From a virus (lineage: Duplodnaviria; Heunggongvirae; Uroviricota; Caudoviricetes), in IMG/VR virus record IMGVR_UViG_2711768044_000007, positions 1 through 35,105 of that record: DNA of 35,105 bases, one strand, 5' to 3'. Positions 1 to 8,866 of the stretch are shown here, piece by piece. Each line of letters starts with the position of its first letter. Positions within the stretch are counted from its first letter, which is position 1. The notes beneath the pieces are model-generated. The model was not told the DNA's origin, did not search any database, and saw only the letters and a list, made by a program, of their open reading frames with translations. Made by a program: the position numbers and the translations under genes.

Positions 1-267
1 ATGAGGGTATCCAGACAAGCATCGAATAATTTGTTTGTTCGAGAGGGGTGTGACTGGTCTGCTAAAGCGGTATATGCAGCCCTTGAAAACAAAGGCACAG
101 ACCTCCCTGAACTAGAAAGGGAGTTAGGATTAAAAAGCGGATCAATGCGCAACGTGTTTTACCGCCAGTGCCGTAAGTACGAAGCTGCCATCGCCGAAAA
201 AATAGGGGTTGAACCTGCTGTAATCTGGCCCAGCAGATACCAGGTGGACGCCAGAGAAGTGGCTTGA
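1..267 (+). CDS. ner: Ner-like DNA-binding transcriptional regulator (possibly 5' truncated by window edge)
   Basis: 88-aa ORF with C-terminal motif ...GVEPAVIWPSRYQ typical of Mu Ner/SfsB-family HTH proteins; sits directly upstream of the transposase gene as in Mu. Recognition from memory of the family, no search run. Confidence 0.75.
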   Translation: MRVSRQASNNLFVREGCDWSAKAVYAALENKGTDLPELERELGLKSGSMRNVFYRQCRKYEAAIAEKIGVEPAVIWPSRYQVDAREVA

Positions 268-280
268 TGGGGGGGGATGT

Positions 281-2371
281 ATGTGGGTAACAGCAAAAGA
301 ATGTGTTGGTCTTCCTGATTTACCAATGATGGAACATAACATTCGCCATAGACTCACAAAAGCAGCTGCGGGAAATGCAGCCATGTTACGCAAACGTAAG
401 GGAACAAAAGCCATCGAATTTAATATCGATTGTTTGCCTTATTGCGCACAACAAGTATTACGCGAACGTTACGCCCTGCAACTGATGACGCAAAAAGCCG
501 ATGAATCACCGGCTACGGCGGTGACAAAGGCCAGACGCTCACCTGCTGTGGTTGATGCGGTGGAGGCATATCGCGGTTCATCCCAACTGATGGTCGAACG
601 CCTCAATGCCCTGACTGAAAAACAGCGCCAGGTGGCTGATGCACGAATTGCGATTGTCAGCGAGGTGCTGAAATTCGCGCAACAACCCGGTTTCAACTGC
701 GCTAAAGCCATCCGTTTTATCGTTGACCGCCTGTCACGTTCGCAACTGGACGAACGCATTGTGGCAATGGTTGAAACGGCGAACGCCAAAAAGGGAAACC
801 GCCGCGCGTTGAGTGAAATCACGCTGAAACGCTGGATTGCGGCCTTTAACAAGGCGCAGAACGCCGCTGAACGCCTGCTTTTACTGGCACCGGGTAAACG
901 TCAGGAAATAAAAGCCGAAGATATTAGCTGGTTGCCCGAGTTTCTGGCGCAGTATCGCCAGTCAAACGGCCGACCAATGACCGAGGCTTACGAGGATTTT
1001 GTTGCTGAATGGCAGCACCGGCACGCTGATGAGCCTTATATGCTCGATATCATGCCCTCTTATGACACCATTCGCCGCGCAATGAAGAAACTGCCGGAAG
1101 TGGTGAAACAAAAAGGCCGGGTGACCGGCAGTGAATACCGCCAGCTTGAGGGATTCACGCGCCGCGACTGGTCAAAAATGCCGGTGAATTATGTCTGGAT
1201 TGGTGACGGTCACGGCATGAAGCTGAAATGCAGGCACCCGGTTCACGGGCGGCCATTTGCACCGGAAGTGACCTTTGTTATCGATGGCGGCACGCGCTTT
1301 GTGGTGGGCTGGAGCCTTGACCTGGCTGAAAATGTTTTCGCCGTAGCCGGTGCCATACAGCACGGCATTCGCCATCACGGCAAACCGTTTCTGTATTACT
1401 CGGATAATGGCTCGGGGGAAACGGCCGACATCCTGGATAAGGAGATTGTGGGGATACTGCCGCGACTGGGGATTAATCACCCGACCGGAATTGCCGGTAA
1501 TCCGCAGGGGCGAGGCATTATCGAACGGCTTAACCGCACATTACCGATGCGCATAGCCCGTAAATACCGCACCTATTTCGGGAAAGGAGCAGATCGCGAG
1601 ACGTTACGTAAAACCAACCGCGATTTACGCTCGGCATTCAGTGCCCTGCAACAGGGAAAACGGCTGAACGCCCGGCAGCAGTCAGCGATGCGTGATTTAC
1701 CGTCCTGGTCTGAACTGATTGATGCCATTCGTGACGGCGTTGAGTGGTACAACAACCGGCCGCACGATGAATTACCCATGAAGCCGAACGGTAAACATTA
1801 CAGCCCGGCGGAGTTCAGAAAAAAACGCCTGGCAGAAGAGGACACGGAAATTGAATGGCTGTCCGATGTGGAATTGCGGGATATGTTCCGGCCGATGGTG
1901 GAGCGCCCTGTAAGACGCTGTGAAATACGCTGGCTGAATAATATTTACTACGCGCCCGAGCTGCGTGATGAACATGGCCGCAAAGTGCTTATCAGCTATG
2001 ACATTCATGATGCCGAACGAATTACCGTGCGTCGCCCGGATGGCAGCGTGATTTGCGAGGCGGTATGGGACGGCAATAAACGCGAAGCCTTCCCTGTCAG
2101 CGCGGAATACTACAAACAGCAGCAGCGCCTTAAAGGTATGCGTAAACGCGCAGAGGAAAAAATCCGTGATGCCGAGGATGAGGTTGTCAACGTGCTGGAG
2201 CACAAGCCGCAGGAGCCATGGCTGGAAAACATATACCGCCCTGTGGGTAATACGGTGACCGTTCAGCAACCGGTCGCTGACGATGAACCTGACGAAGAAT
2301 ACGAGCGTAATTTCCAGCGGGGATTGCAACTGCTCGAAGCGAAATTAAAAGAAAGTGATCCGCTGGCCTGA
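281..2371 (+). CDS. A: Mu-type DDE transposase (MuA-like)
   Basis: 696-aa ORF; N-terminus MWVTAKECVGLPDLP resembles MuA MELWVSPKECANLPGLP; size and position (ner-A-B) match Mu. Confidence 0.9.
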   Translation: MWVTAKECVGLPDLPMMEHNIRHRLTKAAAGNAAMLRKRKGTKAIEFNIDCLPYCAQQVLRERYALQLMTQKADESPATAVTKARRSPAVVDAVEAYRGSSQLMVERLNALTEKQRQVADARIAIVSEVLKFAQQPGFNCAKAIRFIVDRLSRSQLDERIVAMVETANAKKGNRRALSEITLKRWIAAFNKAQNAAERLLLLAPGKRQEIKAEDISWLPEFLAQYRQSNGRPMTEAYEDFVAEWQHRHADEPYMLDIMPSYDTIRRAMKKLPEVVKQKGRVTGSEYRQLEGFTRRDWSKMPVNYVWIGDGHGMKLKCRHPVHGRPFAPEVTFVIDGGTRFVVGWSLDLAENVFAVAGAIQHGIRHHGKPFLYYSDNGSGETADILDKEIVGILPRLGINHPTGIAGNPQGRGIIERLNRTLPMRIARKYRTYFGKGADRETLRKTNRDLRSAFSALQQGKRLNARQQSAMRDLPSWSELIDAIRDGVEWYNNRPHDELPMKPNGKHYSPAEFRKKRLAEEDTEIEWLSDVELRDMFRPMVERPVRRCEIRWLNNIYYAPELRDEHGRKVLISYDIHDAERITVRRPDGSVICEAVWDGNKREAFPVSAEYYKQQQRLKGMRKRAEEKIRDAEDEVVNVLEHKPQEPWLENIYRPVGNTVTVQQPVADDEPDEEYERNFQRGLQLLEAKLKESDPLA

Positions 2372-2443
2372 AATAAAAAATAACCCGAGGGGTAACTCAG
2401 GTTATTTGAGGTTTCAGTCTCGGAGAATGCTGATTCAAGCGAG

Positions 2444-3385
2444 GTGAATAATATGACCGATATTAACGATGTAATCAAGACCATTGATGAACTTATTGAT
2501 GGTGGTGTACTGACGCAGTATGCCATCGCCAGAGAGGCGGGAATTTCCGACGGTACATTATCGGCTTTCCGCAAGGGGAAATATAAAGGCGATAACGTCG
2601 CTGTGGCTGCTTCCCTGCGTTCCTGGTATGAGAACTGGAATAAACAAAGCGCACTGCCCGAGCCGCCGCAGTTTGTGGAAACGCAGACAGTCCATGAACT
2701 GCGCGCACTGTTTCAGGCGGTTCGCCTGATGGGCTGTATTAACGTCATCGTGGGCGTACCGGGTGTGGGTAAAACGGCCACGGCCCGTAATTACTGTCAG
2801 GAGCAACCGAACACCTGGATGATCACCCTGTCGCCCGCGCATTCCAGCGTCACGGAGTGTCTGCTGGAGCTGGCAGAGGAACTGGGGATTGATTACACCC
2901 GCGCGAACAAAGGGGCATTATCCCGCGCCATCCGCCGTCGCCTGATGGGAACGCGTGGACTGGTGATTGTGGATGAGGCGGATCATCTTGGTATTGACGG
3001 TCTGGAGCAACTCCGGGCAATCCAGGACGCCACGGGGATCGGGATGGTGCTTATTGGTAACCCGCGCGGACTGTTTAAAGGTGGACGCCGCGCCGTTGAT
3101 GATTTATCGCGCCTGTTCAGCCGTCTTGCCCGTACAAAACAACTTCGCAAGGCCAAAAAGGCGGATGTGCTGGCCATTGCCAGGGCATGGGGTATCAGTG
3201 GTGAGGCCGAGCTGGCTGTCATGCAGGCTATCGCTGAAAAGCCGGGAGCCTTACGTGTTCTGACGCATACGCTTAACCAGGCGTGGATCACCGCCAGCGG
3301 TGAAGGTGCGGCGCTGACAGAAAAACATATTAATGCGGCCTTTAAAGAGGTTTATACCAACCCTGAATTACTCTCACAGGTGTGA
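2444..3385 (+). CDS. B: MuB-like transposition ATPase (AAA+ target DNA activator)
   Basis: 313 aa; Walker A GVPGVGKT; motifs LPEPPQFVETQTV, VIVDEADHLG, KKADV..IA, EKPGALRVL closely parallel Mu B. Confidence 0.9.
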   Translation: MNNMTDINDVIKTIDELIDGGVLTQYAIAREAGISDGTLSAFRKGKYKGDNVAVAASLRSWYENWNKQSALPEPPQFVETQTVHELRALFQAVRLMGCINVIVGVPGVGKTATARNYCQEQPNTWMITLSPAHSSVTECLLELAEELGIDYTRANKGALSRAIRRRLMGTRGLVIVDEADHLGIDGLEQLRAIQDATGIGMVLIGNPRGLFKGGRRAVDDLSRLFSRLARTKQLRKAKKADVLAIARAWGISGEAELAVMQAIAEKPGALRVLTHTLNQAWITASGEGAALTEKHINAAFKEVYTNPELLSQV

Positions 3386-3609
3386 TTATGGCTGCATTTA
3401 ATATTCCTGATATTTACGGACGATTTTACCTGGTGAATTTCGATAACGTGAAAGTGATTTCACTGGCCGAAAATAAAGAATGTGGCGATTTACTCTTTGA
3501 ATTTAATGATCGCACCCGAATAGCAATATCGGCAGGACTTGATCGCGAAGGTGCGACAGACGTTTACAGCGGAATATGCCGTTCTGTTGGTGCGAAACAA
3601 GTCAGATAA
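3382..3609 (+). CDS. small early protein, positional analogue of Mu Kil (hypothetical)
   Basis: 75-aa ORF overlapping the B stop codon (start GTG 3382 or ATG 3388); same position and approximate size as Mu kil. No sequence-level confirmation possible here. Confidence 0.45.
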   Translation: MIMAAFNIPDIYGRFYLVNFDNVKVISLAENKECGDLLFEFNDRTRIAISAGLDREGATDVYSGICRSVGAKQVR

Positions 3610-3621
3610 ACGAGGTGTTAT

Positions 3622-4041
3622 ATGAATACGCAGATACAGCAGGAAATCCATGTTCTCCACAGCTTTCGAGAGTTTAACGACAATGACTGTGAGGTTCGTG
3701 ATTATATCTATGAATTGATGATCGGTGATGGTGTGTGTTTTCTGTATATAGACCTGTATCAGTGGTATGCAGACATGCAACTTGATTCCATCAGACGCCG
3801 TTTTAATGGTGAGTGCTTTAATGAGGACGTATGGGAAGGCCTGCGCTTTGGTTTTCTGATCACCGGTAATTATCGCCGGGGGTGGCGACGCGGTTACTCC
3901 ATCCTTCGGGCAATCATGCGTGGCAAAACCCGGAAAATTCCGGGGATGGATAAGGTTAATCGAGGTCTCCTGTCAGAACTGGCTGCATCGCGCATGAATC
4001 CATTACTGATACAACCGGAGTTCACCTATGAATTTGTTTGA
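3622..4041 (+). CDS. hypothetical early-region protein
   Basis: 139-aa ORF, GAGGTG RBS 6-8 nt upstream of ATG, co-oriented with early operon. Confidence 0.5.
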   Translation: MNTQIQQEIHVLHSFREFNDNDCEVRDYIYELMIGDGVCFLYIDLYQWYADMQLDSIRRRFNGECFNEDVWEGLRFGFLITGNYRRGWRRGYSILRAIMRGKTRKIPGMDKVNRGLLSELAASRMNPLLIQPEFTYEFV

Positions 4042-4258
4042 TTCACTGAATAACGCCCGTCGCCTGACCGAACTTGCCGGTGCGGTACTGGAGCGCAGCA
4101 AACGCTACCCGCAACGCTTTGCACTGAAAACCACGCCGCCGCTAAGCAAGGTTCAGGGGACTGGGGAGGAAATTGAAATCACCGTTAAGACCAATGGCCT
4201 GCGCCGCCGTGTAAAAGCCACCCGCATCAGCGGCTGCACGGTTTACTGGGAAGTATGA
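4028..4258 (+). CDS. hypothetical early-region protein
   Basis: 76-aa ORF overlapping the previous stop; GGAG upstream. Confidence 0.4.
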   Translation: MNLFDSLNNARRLTELAGAVLERSKRYPQRFALKTTPPLSKVQGTGEEIEITVKTNGLRRRVKATRISGCTVYWEV

Positions 4259-4332
4259 AGTTGCTTCATGGTTCGGCTCTGTCATCAGGTCAGACGCCGG
4301 GTCAGTTATCCGAACAAAACGAGGACCAGAGG

Positions 4333-4605
4333 ATGAGTAAAGTCGTACGCATTATTTTCGAATATAGGGAGGACGTTATCCGTAAAAACGCTGATGGAAG
4401 CGTGCACAAGGGGGTAAGTCTGGATATACGGTCAACCGGAATAAAGAAGAAAGATAATGGACCCGCCATGATTTTTGGGGTGGTTATGCTGGCAGAAAGC
4501 AGAAACTTCGCAGAGTTTGTGGCAATGAAAGCCAGTGCATTCATGAAAGACAGAGGCATGGCTTCCGGGGTTATTAACGGTAATGAATTTAATCAACAGG
4601 GGTAA
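4333..4605 (+). CDS. hypothetical small protein (paralog 1 of tandem pair)
   Basis: Internal ATG 4333 preceded by GAGG; N-terminus MSKVVRIIFEY; the ORF-track start at 4255 lacks an RBS. Confidence 0.5.
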   Translation: MSKVVRIIFEYREDVIRKNADGSVHKGVSLDIRSTGIKKKDNGPAMIFGVVMLAESRNFAEFVAMKASAFMKDRGMASGVINGNEFNQQG

Positions 4606-4609
4606 TTCC

Positions 4610-4903
4610 ATGAGCAAAGTACGCGTTATTTTTGAATTTAATCATGTTTCGCATGACGAAAAGTTGGCAGGCAATGACTGTGTTGAAGTGCATGAAAAGA
4701 TTGGAGTGGATGTGAAAACAGAACGTGATACGGATAACAGGCCGACGTCACTCTGTGACGTTTATGCAAGTATTCTCCAGTATCACAGTCCTGCAATTAT
4801 TCAGTTTCTCTCAGCGGAATTTCAGGCATCTGCACAGGCTTTTGGAGCGGATGCCATCATTAAACGCCACCGCGTGCATAAAGCATCAGGCACACTGCAA
4901 TAA
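4610..4903 (+). CDS. hypothetical small protein (paralog 2 of tandem pair)
   Basis: ATG 4610; N-terminus MSKVRVIFEF nearly identical to the start of the preceding gene (atgagtaaagtcgtacgcattattttcgaa vs atgagcaaagtacgcgttatttttgaa). Confidence 0.5.
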   Translation: MSKVRVIFEFNHVSHDEKLAGNDCVEVHEKIGVDVKTERDTDNRPTSLCDVYASILQYHSPAIIQFLSAEFQASAQAFGADAIIKRHRVHKASGTLQ

Positions 4904-4914
4904 GGAAAAACAAA

Positions 4915-5445
4915 ATGGCAAAACGCGTTACAAAATTAAAGGCCGCAGCCGAGGCGGCACCGCAGACCCGTGAAGAGGTCAGCCGCGATATCCGCCGCTT
5001 TGGGGATATGCAGCGTGAGGCACTGCGCCTGGAAACGGCGATGAATGACGAAGTGGCAGAAATCACCGCCCGTTATACGCCGCAGATTGAAAACCTTAAA
5101 AAAGAAATCAAAGTGCTTTTTAAGGGGATTCATGACTGGTGTAAAACCAACCGCAATGAGCTGACGAACGGCGGTGAAACCAAAACTGCCAATCTGACCA
5201 CCGGAACGGTGTCATGGCGGCTGGGAAAACCATCATGCAGCGTCAGCCGTGATGTGGAAGGCGTGATTGAAATGCTGCGCCGTATGGGGCTTGAGCGATT
5301 CATCCGCACGAAAGAGGAAGTGAATAAGCAAGCTGTCCTGGCAGAGCCGGATGCGGTGAAAGGGATTGCCGGTATTAAGGTGAATAAAGGTACTGAAAAT
5401 TTTGAAGTCGAGCCTTTTGAACAGGATGCCGGACTGAATAAATAA
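4915..5445 (+). CDS. gam: Gam-like host-nuclease inhibitor (DNA end-binding, Ku-like)
   Basis: 176 aa; motifs RLETAMNDEVAEIT, NELTNGGETKTANLTTGTVSWR, ERFIRTKEEVNKQAVLAEP and EVEPFEQDAGL match Mu Gam as recalled; AAGGAAAAA RBS. Confidence 0.85.
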   Translation: MAKRVTKLKAAAEAAPQTREEVSRDIRRFGDMQREALRLETAMNDEVAEITARYTPQIENLKKEIKVLFKGIHDWCKTNRNELTNGGETKTANLTTGTVSWRLGKPSCSVSRDVEGVIEMLRRMGLERFIRTKEEVNKQAVLAEPDAVKGIAGIKVNKGTENFEVEPFEQDAGLNK

Positions 5446-5542
5446 CACCGCATTAAATCTTTAAATATCACATCGTTTTAATTATGGCGCTCGCGTCAGG
5501 TGACTGCCTGCGCCTGAAAGCTGAAAATAAGGAATCGTAAAC

Positions 5543-6085
5543 ATGACATACTTTTATTTCAAATTAGACAGAACTCAGACAAATAAATATTTCACCAAAT
5601 ATCAACAGACTGTTTTACCGCTACGCAACAGTATTCTTCGGGCGTTACTGAAAAATACAGGCGCTGCCGGATTGCGCTTAAAGCCGTTCGCCATGGACGT
5701 AATCAGTGAGTTTTATTTTTCTGGTGCTCTGCCTGCGGGCTGGCGTAAGCGCGATGATGTGGCTTTTATCGGTGGCGGACAGTGCTTTATAGCCAGACCT
5801 GATGAGTCATGCCCTGAAGGACCGGCGATTGCCGCAATGATTGAAGCCGCTGAACGCGAGTTAAGGAAGCGTCCTGATTTCCTTGTCTGGCTCTGTGAAA
5901 AGCTGGGGGTAATGAGAATCCCCTCCATGTTTAACACGGACTCCTGGTGGACCCCGTCGCTCTCCCGTGATGCTCTGTGTGTGGTGTTTAAAGTAGGCGC
6001 TTATGGCAGGGAAATAAACGGGTGTATTCCTGAAGAATGCCAGGAAATTAAACATTCTGAATATGTGGCGCTTACGGAGGAATAA
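5543..6085 (+). CDS. hypothetical early accessory protein
   Basis: 180-aa ORF, AAGGAA RBS; no recognisable motif. Confidence 0.5.
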   Translation: MTYFYFKLDRTQTNKYFTKYQQTVLPLRNSILRALLKNTGAAGLRLKPFAMDVISEFYFSGALPAGWRKRDDVAFIGGGQCFIARPDESCPEGPAIAAMIEAAERELRKRPDFLVWLCEKLGVMRIPSMFNTDSWWTPSLSRDALCVVFKVGAYGREINGCIPEECQEIKHSEYVALTEE

Positions 6086-6088
6086 TTC

Positions 6089-6622
6089 ATGATTGATGCA
6101 AAAGTGCTTGAAGGGGTTAAAAACTGGCTGCGTTTTTCTGGCCGTCTGACCAGCCGTTCTCTGGCAGAAAAAATGAATATGCCGCTATCCTCCATGGTTT
6201 ATTTTCTGCGTGATGCGGTTGATGCAGGCGTGCTGACGGAATGTAACGGTTTTTATGATATTCCGCGTCCCCGCCCGGTGCAGCCGGTTCGTCGCAAATG
6301 CAGCCAGGAATGTGCGGCTGATGATGTTCAGTGGTGCAGCTTCAGAAAATCCCTGCCGTGGATTGAGGGGCATGATATTCCGTCGATGGCGTGGGAATTT
6401 GCTCAGGGCGTTCTGACCTGTGAAACCGTTTATGTGGTGGCTGAAGTTGATGAGCAGGCCATGAAAGAAGGCGTGCCCCAGTTTGTGATGGCGTATATCG
6501 ACATACGCCTTGGTGTCATCATCTGCGGTTTAAGCGGCTGGAATATCACCGCGCGTGTTCTGCGCTACCTGATTGTTGACCGGACGGCAGCACCTGCCGG
6601 GATATCTGCGGAGGTGGCGTAA
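6089..6622 (+). CDS. hypothetical early accessory protein (possible N-terminal winged-helix)
   Basis: 177-aa ORF, GGAGG RBS; N-terminal LTSRSLAEKMNMPLSSMVYFLRDAVDAGVL resembles a wHTH. Confidence 0.5.
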   Translation: MIDAKVLEGVKNWLRFSGRLTSRSLAEKMNMPLSSMVYFLRDAVDAGVLTECNGFYDIPRPRPVQPVRRKCSQECAADDVQWCSFRKSLPWIEGHDIPSMAWEFAQGVLTCETVYVVAEVDEQAMKEGVPQFVMAYIDIRLGVIICGLSGWNITARVLRYLIVDRTAAPAGISAEVA

Positions 6623-7137
6623 TGTTCTTTAAAACATCAAACCCTTCCGCGCTGGCTGCGTGGCAAAAATACCAGCAGGACTGCCAGACGGTAAAAGATG
6701 AGGCAAAACGCCTTGAGGCCGTGCTGAATGTTGCGTGCCGCCCGGTATTTGTATCCGGTATCAGTGGATTTTGTTTTAAGGGGCTGCGCTTTATGGATGA
6801 CAAATATCCTTTTCATCGCGACTTATGGCGAAAACCGACTGCGTCGAATGGCTGGAGCTGCACGCCGCGCACATCACGTATACCTAAAACCCTGCGTGTT
6901 GCCTCTGATGAACTGAACATTCTGTGGCGTGAATATTCGCCCGTCACGTATGCCAGAACCGATGCCCTGTTGTTCTGGTTGGGCATTGACTTCTCAGCAA
7001 TACTGTTTGGCCCCGTGAACTGGTTCTGCGTTGACGATGTGATTTACCTTCAGTGCGAAGATGATTCCGCAAAACGGAAAATGACCGAAATACTGTCTGA
7101 TGAGTTTTATGCTGCTGAAAAGCGAGTCAGGGGGTGA
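6622..7137 (+). CDS. hypothetical early accessory protein
   Basis: 171-aa ORF, start overlaps upstream stop (gtaATG), GGAGGTG RBS. Confidence 0.5.
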   Translation: MFFKTSNPSALAAWQKYQQDCQTVKDEAKRLEAVLNVACRPVFVSGISGFCFKGLRFMDDKYPFHRDLWRKPTASNGWSCTPRTSRIPKTLRVASDELNILWREYSPVTYARTDALLFWLGIDFSAILFGPVNWFCVDDVIYLQCEDDSAKRKMTEILSDEFYAAEKRVRG

Positions 7138-7140
7138 TGC

Positions 7141-7692
7141 ATGATGATATTACAACCCATGGGACGAAAAGGTCGGGCACCCGCTCATGTCCGCGCATGG
7201 ACACCTGAAGAAGATGCGCTACTGATTGCGCTTTATTCGTCCACCCCGGTTAAGGATATTGCTGTCAGAGTAAAAAGAAGTTACTGGGGAGTATATAACC
7301 GGATTATTTTATTACGCGGTATTTACCCGCAGTTGCTCAAATGCAAACGTCCCAGATTTAAACCTGATGAAGATAAATTTATCCGAAAAAATGCCAGAAC
7401 GATGACCGGTAAGCAAATAGGAGAATATCTGGGGCGAGACCGGGACTCTGTTCATAATCGGGCGCGATATATGGGCATAAGCATGAAAAAATACGGAGAA
7501 TTGCTGCCCTTCACCCGTATACCTGACGATGATGTTCGTCTTATTCGTGAATTACGGGATGCAGAGTCGCCACGACGCCTTACCTTCCGGGAAATAGGCG
7601 AGAAATTTGAATTATCCGAGGGCACGGTGAGTTTTATTTATCACCGTCGTCGGACTGCCGGGGACGCTGTATTACAGGAGTTAACGCCATGA
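7141..7692 (+). CDS. putative DNA-binding protein with three tandem Myb/SANT-like HTH repeats
   Basis: 183 aa with three internal repeats: WTPEEDALLIALYSS..VKDIAVRVKRSYWGVYNR / FKPDEDKFIRKNARTMTGKQIGEYLGRDRDSVHNRARY / IPDDDVRLIRELRDAE..LTFREIGEKFELSEGTVSFIYHRR. Confidence 0.5.
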   Translation: MMILQPMGRKGRAPAHVRAWTPEEDALLIALYSSTPVKDIAVRVKRSYWGVYNRIILLRGIYPQLLKCKRPRFKPDEDKFIRKNARTMTGKQIGEYLGRDRDSVHNRARYMGISMKKYGELLPFTRIPDDDVRLIRELRDAESPRRLTFREIGEKFELSEGTVSFIYHRRRTAGDAVLQELTP

Positions 7693-8021
7693 TAACGACC
7701 TTATTTGTTGAATCAGATGAACCCTTGGTATGTGCCGCCGGAATGCCGCTCTGTGGCGGAACACTGACCGGCGTTTATTTCGGGGATTTACGCGGTTATC
7801 CCTGGCATTCACTGAATGATGCTTTCCCGCCTGATATGGAGGCTGTTGTGCTGATTGTTCAGTATGACCACCGGCAGGAACTGCGCATCGGTCATATGGG
7901 GTATGAAGGCTTTTTTGTTGATGAAGAAACCGGAGCCTGCCTTGAAGATGAGGATGGACAGGTGACGCACTGGTGCCATATTTCGGCTTTACCGGAATTA
8001 CGGGAGATACACAATGGATGA
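7689..8021 (+). CDS. hypothetical small phage protein (DUF551-like?)
   Basis: 110-aa ORF, AGGAG RBS, start overlaps upstream stop; C-terminal THWCHISALPEL reminiscent of DUF551-type phage proteins (weak recall). Confidence 0.45.
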   Translation: MITTLFVESDEPLVCAAGMPLCGGTLTGVYFGDLRGYPWHSLNDAFPPDMEAVVLIVQYDHRQELRIGHMGYEGFFVDEETGACLEDEDGQVTHWCHISALPELREIHNG

Positions 8022-8325
8022 GCAAATAACGGACAATATTTCTCTGCTGTTCTGGTGTTTATATATCACATCGTTTTTCGGCGCATTTGTTATCACCCGG
8101 TGGTTATGCCGGAAAATTATCAGCCATTTTGATAAAAGATATCTGCTTGAGCTGGCTGCGGATGCGCTTATTCAGCAGGCCATTGTGTTATACAGCGGCG
8201 AGTTTTTCTGTCGAATAACAACCAGAGATGGCTGGCACATAATGATTATTCCGCCAACGCATCATATCCGGTGGAATGAGCCAGAAAAGGCTTTCCATGT
8301 CCGTAAAAAGGTAAATACGGTATGA
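8014..8325 (+). CDS. hypothetical small membrane protein
   Basis: 103 aa, one predicted TM helix (ISLLFWCLYITSFFGAFVI); GGGAG RBS. Confidence 0.45.
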   Translation: MDEQITDNISLLFWCLYITSFFGAFVITRWLCRKIISHFDKRYLLELAADALIQQAIVLYSGEFFCRITTRDGWHIMIIPPTHHIRWNEPEKAFHVRKKVNTV

Positions 8326-8831
8326 GAGGAAAACTGATATCTGCCATTCATGTGGCAAAACGCGAGCTTGCTCTGGATGATGAAACCTATACATCCGCAC
8401 TGCTGGCAGCCACCGGTAAAGCCAGTTGCCGGGATATGTCACCGGATGAGTTATCCCGCGTACTGGATGTTTTCAAAAAACGCGGTTTTAAAGTGCGTCA
8501 TAAACCGGTTAACCGGGCCTTAAAGCCGGGTACGGTGACCGCCAAAATTCGCGCCATCTGGAAAGTGATGCACCGGCAGGGCTTTATTTCTGATGGTGCG
8601 GAAACGGCCCTTAACCGCTGGGTGAAATCGCAGACGGCCGCGCAGAACGGCGGCGAAGGTGTGGCTAACTGGCAGTGGCTGGAGCAACACCCCGAGCTGG
8701 CCTCTGATGTGCTGGAGCGTCTCAAACGCTGGCACCGCCGCAAAATGCTGGCAGCCCTGGATATGTCGGAGCGTGCAGTGATGAGTTATGAGCGCGTTTG
8801 CAGGCTGTATGAAAAATCATTCCCCTGTTAA
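8322..8831 (+). CDS. gemA: GemA-like protein (Mu gp16 family)
   Basis: 169 aa; N-terminal IHVAKRELALDDETYTSALLAATGKASCRDMSPDELSRVLDVFKKRGF matches the Mu gp16/GemA family pattern; position just upstream of mor. Confidence 0.7.
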   Translation: MRGKLISAIHVAKRELALDDETYTSALLAATGKASCRDMSPDELSRVLDVFKKRGFKVRHKPVNRALKPGTVTAKIRAIWKVMHRQGFISDGAETALNRWVKSQTAAQNGGEGVANWQWLEQHPELASDVLERLKRWHRRKMLAALDMSERAVMSYERVCRLYEKSFPC

Positions 8832-8834
8832 CTC

Positions 8835-8866
8835 AAATCCCGCCACAGTGCGGGATTTCTTATTTT
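8835..8866 (+). terminator. intrinsic terminator-like hairpin after gemA
   Basis: AAATCCCGC-cacagt-GCGGGATTT (9-bp stem, 6-nt loop) followed by cttatttt. Confidence 0.6.

Noticed and set aside
1772-2329. 185-aa minus-strand ORF inside the transposase gene
   Set aside because: Antisense to MuA; no RBS; artefact.
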